Source of the DNA: a phage
DNA: 64,000 bases
Sequence record: PZ154896.1
Direction: 5' to 3' (one strand)
Below, in pieces: positions 32,993-42,791 of the stretch; positions within the stretch are counted from its first letter, which is position 1, and each line of letters opens with the position of its first letter. The notes below the pieces were generated by a model. It did not search any database. It was not told the origin of the DNA and saw only the letters and a program-made list of their open reading frames with translations. A program made the position numbers and the translations under genes.

Positions 32993-33357
32993 TATAAATT
33001 CTCTTTAATGAAAATGCAGGACTTATTGACATTGCCTGCGCAAGCCCTCAAGGGGAACATAGGTTTTCGGATATTTAACGACAGGATAACCATAAACCCG
33101 TCATCATACCTTATAGCTCTTATCTGTTGCACACCGTTAGCTTAAAGGTTCCGGGTTCGATTTCTCGAGGATAAGATATATACTGATGGATATATAGGCC
33201 TTTAGGCGTACTCCCGATTGGCCATCACCTCGGGGTAGCATGCACTTGCCGCTATAAGAATAACATTCAAGAGGTACACCGTAAAACTGCCGGGGTCTTA
33301 AAACTATAATGATTCGCAAATCATTAATCAGACAGTTCGACGGCTCCTCGATTTAAC

Positions 33358-33606
33358 TTACTTCAGGGTAATAACAAAATGACGAACTGCTTTACGTGCG
33401 GCAGAAGCCAGAGGCTTAGCATATTTCAATTCATCTTTCTGGACCAGGATATCGCGAAGATCGGCTTGTGCTGGATTCAGATGTTTGAAATACTGTAAGA
33501 TTTCAAGAGCTTCGGCTTCAACATCAATAGATGCACCGTAATTGTCATGGCCATTATTCCATGCATGGCGTTGCAGTTCAAGAGCGTGTTGTAATTGTTT
33601 AATCAT
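33358..33606 (-). CDS. rIII: rIII lysis inhibition accessory protein
   Basis: 82 aa as in T4 RIII; synteny adjacent to gene 31. Confidence 0.85.
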   Translation of the reverse strand: MIKQLQHALELQRHAWNNGHDNYGASIDVEAEALEILQYFKHLNPAQADLRDILVQKDELKYAKPLASAARKAVRHFVITLK

Positions 33607-33730
33607 TTTAAATTCTCAATTCGAGATAATATTTAGTAGCCACGTTCTTCTGAATTTCACCTTCTTTCGACAAGTCTCTCAGTTGTAGGCTACCGCTTAG
33701 AAGAGTGTTCTCTTCATATAGTTATTTATA

Positions 33731-34063
33731 TCACTTATAAAGACACGGAATAGCTTTATAGTGGCATGTTACGAATTTCTGTTTAATTTCTTTAGGTTGT
33801 TTAAGACCTAAAGCCACAAATGGATGTGGAACATTTCGAATTTGTCCAACTGGTAGTGGAGTCAAATCACCGACTTCAACAAAACCTTCAGGAACATCAG
33901 GACCTACAGAATGAACTACACATAGTTCAGGAACTTCACCTTGAACACGTTTACCAATCACAAGTCCTGATTCTGTAACTTCTTCATCACCTGCTTGAGC
34001 GGGTTCAGAAACCAGAATGACATATTCACCAACAGCACGAATTGGGAGTTGTACTTCAGACAT
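33731..34063 (-). CDS. 31: head assembly co-chaperonin (GroES analogue)
   Basis: 110 aa; near-identical to T4 gp31 as recalled. Confidence 0.94.
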   Translation of the reverse strand: MSEVQLPIRAVGEYVILVSEPAQAGDEEVTESGLVIGKRVQGEVPELCVVHSVGPDVPEGFVEVGDLTPLPVGQIRNVPHPFVALGLKQPKEIKQKFVTCHYKAIPCLYK

Positions 34064-34120
34064 CTTATTTCCTTGTTGTTTGACGATAGATTAATAATAC
34101 CATACTATTCGTAAAGCATA

Positions 34121-34429
34121 TTACATAAGAAGCAAACGTTCTACAGGAGTACCATCAACCGAAATTACTTTATCAAGGCGGAAAGAACGCCACTGACCTA
34201 ACTTGGTGTCGAATGCTCGAACTGATTCACGAGGTTCATAACGAACTTCTGTTGCTGGATTGTTATTTTCATATTTGACTTCAAGTTCATCGCGCGAAGC
34301 AAACATAGTGCGTACCTCACCGTTAGCCTTTTCAAATACAACACAATGAACGCCTACAGACAGAATAGTTTTAATACGTTCACGAAGAACCATAGTTTCT
34401 TGTTCAGTTAAAATCATATTATTCACCAC
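34121..34429 (-). CDS. hypothetical protein (31.1 position)
   Basis: 102 aa ORF; synteny. Confidence 0.6.
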   Translation of the reverse strand: MVNNMILTEQETMVLRERIKTILSVGVHCVVFEKANGEVRTMFASRDELEVKYENNNPATEVRYEPRESVRAFDTKLGQWRSFRLDKVISVDGTPVERLLLM

Positions 34430-35000
34430 AAAAGTTTCGGATTTGTTCCCAATTCAGGGAACGAAGATTATTACGAGAGTACTGAATTACTTCAATACCG
34501 GCTTGTTTTAGAATGTCTGCCCAATTTTCAGGAGATCGATCGTATAATTCTGCGTATACAACCTTTTTAATACCTGACTGCGTAATAGCTTTAGTGCAAT
34601 CAGGACATGGAGAAAGCGTCGTATATAACGTAGCACCTTCAATAGAATTACCTTTACGAGCTGCAAACAAAATTGCATTCAATTCTGCATGGATTTCATT
34701 ATTAGCAGACCATGCACTATGAGCGGCCCGATGTTCTTTAGCCAAAACAAAATTATCCACCCGTCCAAATGCTGTAGTGCCTTCTTTATGTCCAGCAACG
34801 ATGACCGGGCTTGGTTTATTCTTCAACCAACCGTTTTCGGATGCATGTTCACAACAGTTAACGCCACCTGCTGGTGAGCCATTATATCCAGTAGAGATAA
34901 TGCGTCCATCTTTTTCAATGACGGCACCAACTTTCCATGAACAACATTTTGATTCTTGAGAAATCAGATATGCAATCTGAAGGTATGTGCTAGCTTTCAT
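34419..35000 (-). CDS. cd: dCMP deaminase
   Basis: 193 aa; zinc-binding HAE and PCxxC motifs; synteny. Confidence 0.93.
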   Translation of the reverse strand: MKASTYLQIAYLISQESKCCSWKVGAVIEKDGRIISTGYNGSPAGGVNCCEHASENGWLKNKPSPVIVAGHKEGTTAFGRVDNFVLAKEHRAAHSAWSANNEIHAELNAILFAARKGNSIEGATLYTTLSPCPDCTKAITQSGIKKVVYAELYDRSPENWADILKQAGIEVIQYSRNNLRSLNWEQIRNFCGE

Positions 35001-35992
35001 TATTGAACCTTATTAATATAAGTTAACAGCTCTTTAGTTTGTTCCCAACCGATGCACGCATCGGTAACGGAAACGCCATAGGACATATTATCAGAAATTT
35101 TTTGATTTCCTTCATGTAGGAATGATTCTATCATAATTCCTTTGACAAAATCATTAGCTGCTAAATTTTTACCAATACCAATTTGATTGCTATAATACCC
35201 ATCAGCGTTTGCGTGGCTACAGTCAACCATTACATAATGATTCAGACCTAATGCACTTGCTTTGTTAGAAGCTTCTTGAATATCAGAAGAATGATAGTTC
35301 GGGCCGTTAGTCCCGCCACGCAATACGATATGCGTATTCTGATTACCTTCAGCTTCAACAATGCCTACAGTACCATCGACGTCCATACCCATATACCGAT
35401 GAGGCCAGGCGGCACTATACATCGCGTCTGTAGCTACTTTAATAGAACCATTGGTTGCGTTCTTGAAGCCTACGCACATCGGTAGACCTGAAGCAATTTC
35501 ACGATGTGTCTGACTTTCAGTCGTACGGGCGCCAATAGCAACCCATGAGAAAATACCAGAAAGATACTTAATCGTGAATGGGTCTAATACTTCAGTTGCT
35601 AATGGAAGTCCCATACGTAGAAGTTTACGACACAATGTTCGTGCAACTATAAGACCGTGGTTCATATCAAAACTTCCGTCAAGATATGGATCATTTACAA
35701 GACCTTTCCAACCTACGGTAGTTCGAGGCTTTTCAAAATAAACGCGCATCACTAACAGAACATTAGGAAGACGAGTTTGAAGTTCAGCCAGACGTTTGCC
35801 GTATTCAACAGCAGCAATAGGGTCATGAATTGAACAAGGACCTACAACAATAAGTTTGCGTGGGTCTTCACCGTTCATAATCGAATTAACTTGTTCGCGA
35901 TGAGAAGCCACTTGTGATGCGTAAGCTTCCGACAAAGGAATAATCTCAGCCAGTTCTTTTGGAGAAATAAGTTTTCTGACGACAGGTAACAT
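35000..35992 (-). CDS. 3-deoxy-7-phosphoheptulonate (DAHP) synthase, class I AroG/AroF-like
   Basis: 330 aa; GPCSIHD, KPRTTVGWKGL, GARTTESQTHRE, DCSHAN motifs align along the length with E. coli AroG; SD AAGGA; stop overlaps cd start (TAATG). Confidence 0.9.
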   Translation of the reverse strand: MLPVVRKLISPKELAEIIPLSEAYASQVASHREQVNSIMNGEDPRKLIVVGPCSIHDPIAAVEYGKRLAELQTRLPNVLLVMRVYFEKPRTTVGWKGLVNDPYLDGSFDMNHGLIVARTLCRKLLRMGLPLATEVLDPFTIKYLSGIFSWVAIGARTTESQTHREIASGLPMCVGFKNATNGSIKVATDAMYSAAWPHRYMGMDVDGTVGIVEAEGNQNTHIVLRGGTNGPNYHSSDIQEASNKASALGLNHYVMVDCSHANADGYYSNQIGIGKNLAANDFVKGIMIESFLHEGNQKISDNMSYGVSVTDACIGWEQTKELLTYINKVQ

Positions 35993-36112
35993 AACAATCC
36001 TTAGGAGATATAAACAGATTCTGATTCAACAATACCTTTAACCGGATTAGACAGGCTAAGTTGGTAGTGCTAAGATTTATGACCATTCTCGATAGTAATG
36101 AGATAGCTCTCA

Positions 36113-36349
36113 TTATAGTGTTCCATATACTCGAGTTGCTTCAACAAGACCATCACTGCCTAATTTAAGGCTAGTAATCTGGTCACCATCTTTAGGATTA
36201 ACGATTATGAGAAAAGAACGAGGAGATTCTTGAATAACTCGTAATGTTGCATCTTGGAAACGTTCAGACACTTTATTGATGAGTGCTTGAGCAAATTCTT
36301 TTACTTTAATCTGAAATTCGTGTACTGTAATTGGGTTTTCACTTAGCAT
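36113..36349 (-). CDS. hypothetical protein
   Basis: 78 aa; early promoter immediately upstream. Confidence 0.5.
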   Translation of the reverse strand: MLSENPITVHEFQIKVKEFAQALINKVSERFQDATLRVIQESPRSFLIIVNPKDGDQITSLKLGSDGLVEATRVYGTL

Positions 36350-36377
36350 TTCTATTTCCTCATTTGTTGGTAGAGTT

Positions 36378-36407
36378 ATAGTATCACAACTCCACCATGT
36401 TGTAAAC
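36378..36407 (-). promoter_or_regulatory. early promoter (GTTTAC-N18-TACTAT) heading the operon that includes the DAHP synthase gene
   Basis: consensus elements; no terminator hairpin between here and the DAHP synthase gene. Confidence 0.5.
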
Positions 36408-36409
36408 CA

Positions 36410-36685
36410 TTAAATTGCTTTGCATTCAATTTTTTGTGTACCGAAATTGATATCACATTGGATAACTAAATCGCCGTCAAGATCAAATACCACTATGACG
36501 TGTGCAGACCCAGGGAGAAGAGTAATAGCAATAGAATCTACTTGGTCTGGGAGCAAAGCATTGAGTACATGAGTTAGTTGAGCATGAACTCTGAGTTCGG
36601 CTGCATTATCAAGCACTTCAAACATATTATTAGCAATAATCTGACTGAAGACCACCTTTACAATTTCAGAATAAGTTGGGAACAT
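36410..36685 (-). CDS. hypothetical protein
   Basis: 91 aa ORF in co-directional cluster. Confidence 0.5.
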   Translation of the reverse strand: MFPTYSEIVKVVFSQIIANNMFEVLDNAAELRVHAQLTHVLNALLPDQVDSIAITLLPGSAHVIVVFDLDGDLVIQCDINFGTQKIECKAI

Positions 36686-36692
36686 AATTACC

Positions 36693-36917
36693 TCAGTGTA
36701 CAGTATTTACTTTAACTCGAACAACAAATCGCTCGGTTGGTTCACCTACAGGAACAAACTCTACATGATATTCACCTTTGTAACGAGTATTCAGATCATT
36801 ACGAATTCCTGCGAGTTTGTTGATTAATGTAGGACTCATATTAAGTCCCACTAGTTTACGAAGCATTTTGTATGCTTCATCTTCGATTTCATGATGTTTA
36901 TCGTACATAGTTTTCAT
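36693..36917 (-). CDS. hypothetical protein
   Basis: 74 aa ORF. Confidence 0.5.
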   Translation of the reverse strand: MKTMYDKHHEIEDEAYKMLRKLVGLNMSPTLINKLAGIRNDLNTRYKGEYHVEFVPVGEPTERFVVRVKVNTVH

Positions 36918-37088
36918 TTAACCATTCAATTGCCTGGTCGACGTTATCAAATATACTGCCGTCCAACCATTCTTCATGTTCATAGTCCAGCACATCAATA
37001 CCGAACCGTCCATTTACTAAAGGCCATACTACAAACAAATATTCTTTATGCTGTTCGATGGCCTCAATCACTTCATATAATCGTTTCA

Positions 37089-37089
<1 letters not shown>
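36898..37089 (-). CDS. hypothetical protein
   Basis: 63 aa ORF; stop adjacent to pseT start. Confidence 0.45.
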
Positions 37090-38175
<1,086 letters not shown>

Positions 38176-38176
<1 letters not shown>

Positions 38177-38475
38177 TATTTTATTCCTAAGAAAATTTCA
38201 AGAATACGAATGTTATGCTCGCGCCGGTCTTTATTAATTTCAGCAACGTTTTTATTAATTGACGTACTTCTAACGTTTGAAGAAATAAATTTAATCATAT
38301 GACTTTTGAGTTGTTGCAAATCCAACCCTTTTTCTTTAGCAGCTTTACGAAGAGCTTTACCTGCTTCATCTAGTGCCTTTGCTGCATCTTTGTCATAATT
38401 GCCGAGTGACATTCCACGACAGATATCAATATACTCATCAGACCGTTTGATGTAATTCTCTAGTAATGTTTTCAT
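38176..38475 (-). CDS. hypothetical protein
   Basis: 99 aa ORF. Confidence 0.5.
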
Positions 38476-38532
38476 TTAGATTTCCTCAATTATCCATAGG
38501 AGCATTATACTCTGCTCCTGAGAGTTTGTAAA

Positions 38533-38757
38533 CTATTTTACTAAAGATTCAATATACTCGTGAAGAGCTTTAGTCGCTACTGCCCACTTATTCTGATATT
38601 CATTTTTCAGATTAGCACGAGACTGAACTAACAATCGGTCATTAGTCGGAGGCAAAGATTCTAATCGTTGAATCTGGCGCCCATAAATCATAGCCGCCAT
38701 TTCAGATTCATAGATAAGCCCTTTAATGTATTCATGTTGTTCTTTAGTCATTGGCAT
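38533..38757 (-). CDS. hypothetical protein
   Basis: 74 aa ORF. Confidence 0.5.
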   Translation of the reverse strand: MPMTKEQHEYIKGLIYESEMAAMIYGRQIQRLESLPPTNDRLLVQSRANLKNEYQNKWAVATKALHEYIESLVK

Positions 38758-39038
38758 TTTTCCTCTTTTAAACCACTACGATAATAACATATCATAGTCT
38801 TCTGGTCGTGTACATATCTTTTTACGTCGTTTAACCAGATACGAAATTCTTGAGAGTCTTCAAATGGCATTCCAACCCACGGATTACCATCAATAACCTT
38901 TACTTGCCATTTCTGGTTATATTCAACAATAGATTCAGGCCACGGCGGATGTAAAGTTTCTTTAGGGCTTAAGGGCACATCCTGGGCACATCCGGCCAAA
39001 ATGCCAATAGATAATACAACTGCGGTTAATTTAATCAT
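38748..39038 (-). CDS. outer-membrane spanin (o-spanin) lipoprotein candidate
   Basis: 96 aa; N-terminal signal peptide with lipobox LAGC; start overlaps upstream gene. Confidence 0.65.
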   Translation of the reverse strand: MIKLTAVVLSIGILAGCAQDVPLSPKETLHPPWPESIVEYNQKWQVKVIDGNPWVGMPFEDSQEFRIWLNDVKRYVHDQKTMICYYRSGLKEEKCQ

Positions 39039-39391
39039 TCTGAGAGCTTCCTGAGGTCTTCTGCAAAGGAATCGAAGGACCTGTTGATTTGTTTTTCGAC
39101 CAATCCTGGTTTACTTGCCACCACGTTCTTCTTCTTCGAATCCTTACGGAGCTTTTCATTTTCGGCCTTAAGTTGGTCAACTAAAACACGGTTCTTATAA
39201 GTCATTTCTTCGATTGACTGATATTGAACCTTGAAGTCGTCTAATACTTTAGCATTGTTTTTAGCGGTCTCTTTGACAGAAGCTAATTCAGTATTCAACG
39301 AATCAACTTTGTTGTTTAAGACCACTATTGTTATCGTAGAAACTAGAGCAAAAGCTGCTACTATAGCATAAATCGGATTTACTTTAAGCAT
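39035..39391 (-). CDS. inner-membrane spanin (i-spanin) candidate
   Basis: 118 aa; N-terminal transmembrane helix then charged coiled-coil-like region; immediately upstream of the lipoprotein gene. Confidence 0.65.
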   Translation of the reverse strand: MLKVNPIYAIVAAFALVSTITIVVLNNKVDSLNTELASVKETAKNNAKVLDDFKVQYQSIEEMTYKNRVLVDQLKAENEKLRKDSKKKNVVASKPGLVEKQINRSFDSFAEDLRKLSE

Positions 39392-39879
39392 GTTTTAATA
39401 ATCTCAATGATTTCATCTCGGGATAAACCATTAATAAGAACGGTTTTCAAACCATCACACTGGATTTTGTACGATTCAAACAATACACACAACTCTTCTG
39501 CTGTATGATATGGACTTGAAATTCCGAGGCGGTTGAATTTGTCGGTAAGAGGGTCGCAAATAATGTAGAATTTTATACCTGCGATATGTACATTTGGTTG
39601 ACTAATATTAATGAACACATTAGCGTCATATTTAGTCAAATTGTTTTGAAGAAATTCTACCATGGCATTAACTGCTTCTGGCATCGCTTCACGTTTCTCT
39701 TCGGCGTAACGTGTTGAATATTCCTTTTGCTTTAACTTCTTTTTAGCATTTTTCGCTAGAGTAGTACGAAGGTCCGTAAGATAACCAACTGCACGGCCTT
39801 TCTTAAAGACCCGGATTCCATCTGTAGAATCACCAAATGCTGCCACAACCATATCGTTAGTAATCAATTGCATATTCAT
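39379..39879 (-). CDS. alc: Alc, inhibitor of host transcription
   Basis: 166 aa from internal ATG with SD AGGAGA; early promoter sits between the track start (39942) and this ATG; position upstream of rnlA. Confidence 0.8.
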   Translation of the reverse strand: MNMQLITNDMVVAAFGDSTDGIRVFKKGRAVGYLTDLRTTLAKNAKKKLKQKEYSTRYAEEKREAMPEAVNAMVEFLQNNLTKYDANVFINISQPNVHIAGIKFYIICDPLTDKFNRLGISSPYHTAEELCVLFESYKIQCDGLKTVLINGLSRDEIIEIIKTCLK

Positions 39880-39909
39880 AATTTTCTCCTCGTGATGTTG
39901 ATAAAAACC

Positions 39910-39939
39910 ATAGTAACACCTTCCTTGGTGTTTGTAAAC
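39910..39939 (-). promoter_or_regulatory. early promoter (GTTTAC-N18-TACTAT) for alc
   Basis: consensus elements about 30 nt upstream of SD-supported alc ATG. Confidence 0.5.
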
Positions 39940-39941
39940 CA

Positions 39942-41075
<1,134 letters not shown>

Positions 41076-41093
41076 TCAGTTAGTTTTTTTTAA

Positions 41094-41123
41094 ATTGTAC
41101 CACAATCCTTGTGGCATGTAAAC
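41094..41123 (-). promoter_or_regulatory. early promoter (GTTTAC-N18-TACAAT) for rnlA
   Basis: consensus elements in denA-rnlA junction. Confidence 0.45.
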
Positions 41124-41533
41124 TACTTTTTCTTATGTTGGATATTCCAAGGCGGGTTGAACTTTTTGATAAAAAGCGGTTCTTCAAGGTCCATTGTTGC
41201 GATGGTCATTGAACCAAGTTCGTTGGTGACTGAAAGGTCAAAACATTGGCGGGCCCAGAATTCAACCTTTTTGCCTTGCATTAAGGCATCCAAAATCATA
41301 AGTGATTTTCTTGAATCTGAAGTCTGGTCTTTTCGATTTATGGCTGTTCGATAATAGTTAATGCGTTTCTTTAAATTCTTGGTTTTACCAATATACACAA
41401 GTTCGTCATCTATAGCAATAGCGTATATGACATTTTTCTTATTAGGGACATCAACTGTTTTAATTGTTGCATCTTCTAATAGCTCCAATTCTGTATATTT
41501 AATAAAGGAATATTCGGCGGCAATATCTTTCAT
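41123..41533 (-). CDS. denA: endonuclease II (GIY-YIG family)
   Basis: 136 aa as in T4 EndoII; GIY-YIG-like motif (VIYAIAIDDELVYIGKT). Confidence 0.85.
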   Translation of the reverse strand: MKDIAAEYSFIKYTELELLEDATIKTVDVPNKKNVIYAIAIDDELVYIGKTKNLKKRINYYRTAINRKDQTSDSRKSLMILDALMQGKKVEFWARQCFDLSVTNELGSMTIATMDLEEPLFIKKFNPPWNIQHKKK

Positions 41534-41541
41534 AATAAAGT

Positions 41542-41555
41542 GGGACCGAAGTCCC
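41542..41555 (-). terminator. tetraloop hairpin between nrdB and denA
   Basis: GGGAC-CGAA-GTCCC. Confidence 0.45.
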
Positions 41556-41559
41556 GTCC

Positions 41560-42738
41560 TTAGAAATATTTTTTGTATGAATTGATTACATTTTGGTCTA
41601 CATCATTATCAATTTGTGCGACAAGATAAGAACTGATTTCAACTTCCTGAGGAGCTGCTTGAACTAAATCAGAGTTCAGATATTCACGAATCCAAGGATA
41701 TGGATGCTTGGTCGGAGCATCAGTGATTGGGCATGGTAAACCACACTGTTTCATACGAGACACAGTCAAGTAATCAACAAAAGCACACATACTCTGCGTA
41801 TTGATACCTGGACATGTACCGTCTTTAAAGAGGTGTGCAGCCCATTCCTTCTCTTGTCTATTTACTTCCATAAAAATGTCAACTGCTTCTTGTTCACATT
41901 CTTTAGCAATTTGAACCCACTCATCACCATCAGTACCAGATTGAAGTTGACGGATAATGTACTGAGTACCCTTGAGGTGGAGTTGTTCGTCACGAGCAAT
42001 GAACTTCATAATCTTTGCATTGCCTTCCATAATTTCCATATTTTTATGGAAGTTAAAGGTACATGCAAATGATACGTAAAAACGAATAGCTTCTAAGGCG
42101 TTGATAACATGCAAACAGAGATAAAGAGACTTCATTAAATCACGCTTAGCAGCGGCTTCTTGCTTAATAGCACGTTCTAATTGAAAGTCTGCATTAATTG
42201 ACGCTTTGGCTAGTTCCGTGAATTCTTTCTGGTTTTCCCAATGACGAGTCTTGACTAGAACATCATCGTAATATTTACCTATTGATTCAGCTCGTTTCAT
42301 GATTGCTTCGTCTAATACAATTTCATCAAATACCTTAGATGGGTCTGTATAAAGATTTCGCATAATATGAGTATACGAACGAGAGTGAATAGTTTCGCTG
42401 AATGTCCATGTTGCAACCCACGTATCTAATGAAGGGTCAGAAATCAGTGCCATAAGTACCGCAGATGGGGCCCTGCCTTGGATAGAATCTAATAATGATT
42501 GATACTTAAGATTGTTTGTAAAGATGTCCTGTTGGAACTGAGGAAGCTTATTGAACTGCGCAGAGTCCAACATCAAGTTTACCTCTTCTGGGCGCCAGAA
42601 AAATGACAATTGTTTTTCGGTCAAATCTTCAAAAACTTTATGGCGTTGAATATCATAACGCGCAATACCAAGACCAGAACCAAAGAACATCGGTTCATTC
42701 AAAACATCGACTTGTTGTGTGTTAAAAACTGTACTCAT
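41560..42738 (-). CDS. nrdB: ribonucleotide reductase small subunit
   Basis: 392 aa; uninterrupted ORF matching T4 NrdB exons; no intron. Confidence 0.95.
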   Translation of the reverse strand: MSTVFNTQQVDVLNEPMFFGSGLGIARYDIQRHKVFEDLTEKQLSFFWRPEEVNLMLDSAQFNKLPQFQQDIFTNNLKYQSLLDSIQGRAPSAVLMALISDPSLDTWVATWTFSETIHSRSYTHIMRNLYTDPSKVFDEIVLDEAIMKRAESIGKYYDDVLVKTRHWENQKEFTELAKASINADFQLERAIKQEAAAKRDLMKSLYLCLHVINALEAIRFYVSFACTFNFHKNMEIMEGNAKIMKFIARDEQLHLKGTQYIIRQLQSGTDGDEWVQIAKECEQEAVDIFMEVNRQEKEWAAHLFKDGTCPGINTQSMCAFVDYLTVSRMKQCGLPCPITDAPTKHPYPWIREYLNSDLVQAAPQEVEISSYLVAQIDNDVDQNVINSYKKYF

Positions 42739-42791
42739 TATATTTTCTCACTTAGTTTAACTCATCCATGAGTAAATTATAATCAAAAGTC

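Noticed and set aside
33140-33170. tRNA-like T-loop motif GGTTCGATT
   Set aside because: Flanking bases cannot form a 5-bp T-stem with C61, and no acceptor or anticodon arms could be built on either strand
33137-33319. 60-aa - strand track ORF, and the 84-aa + strand ORF at 32891..33145, in the rIII-adjacent island
   Set aside because: The 60-aa ORF begins at a TTG codon with no SD, and neither ORF shows coding-like composition; more likely non-coding sequence
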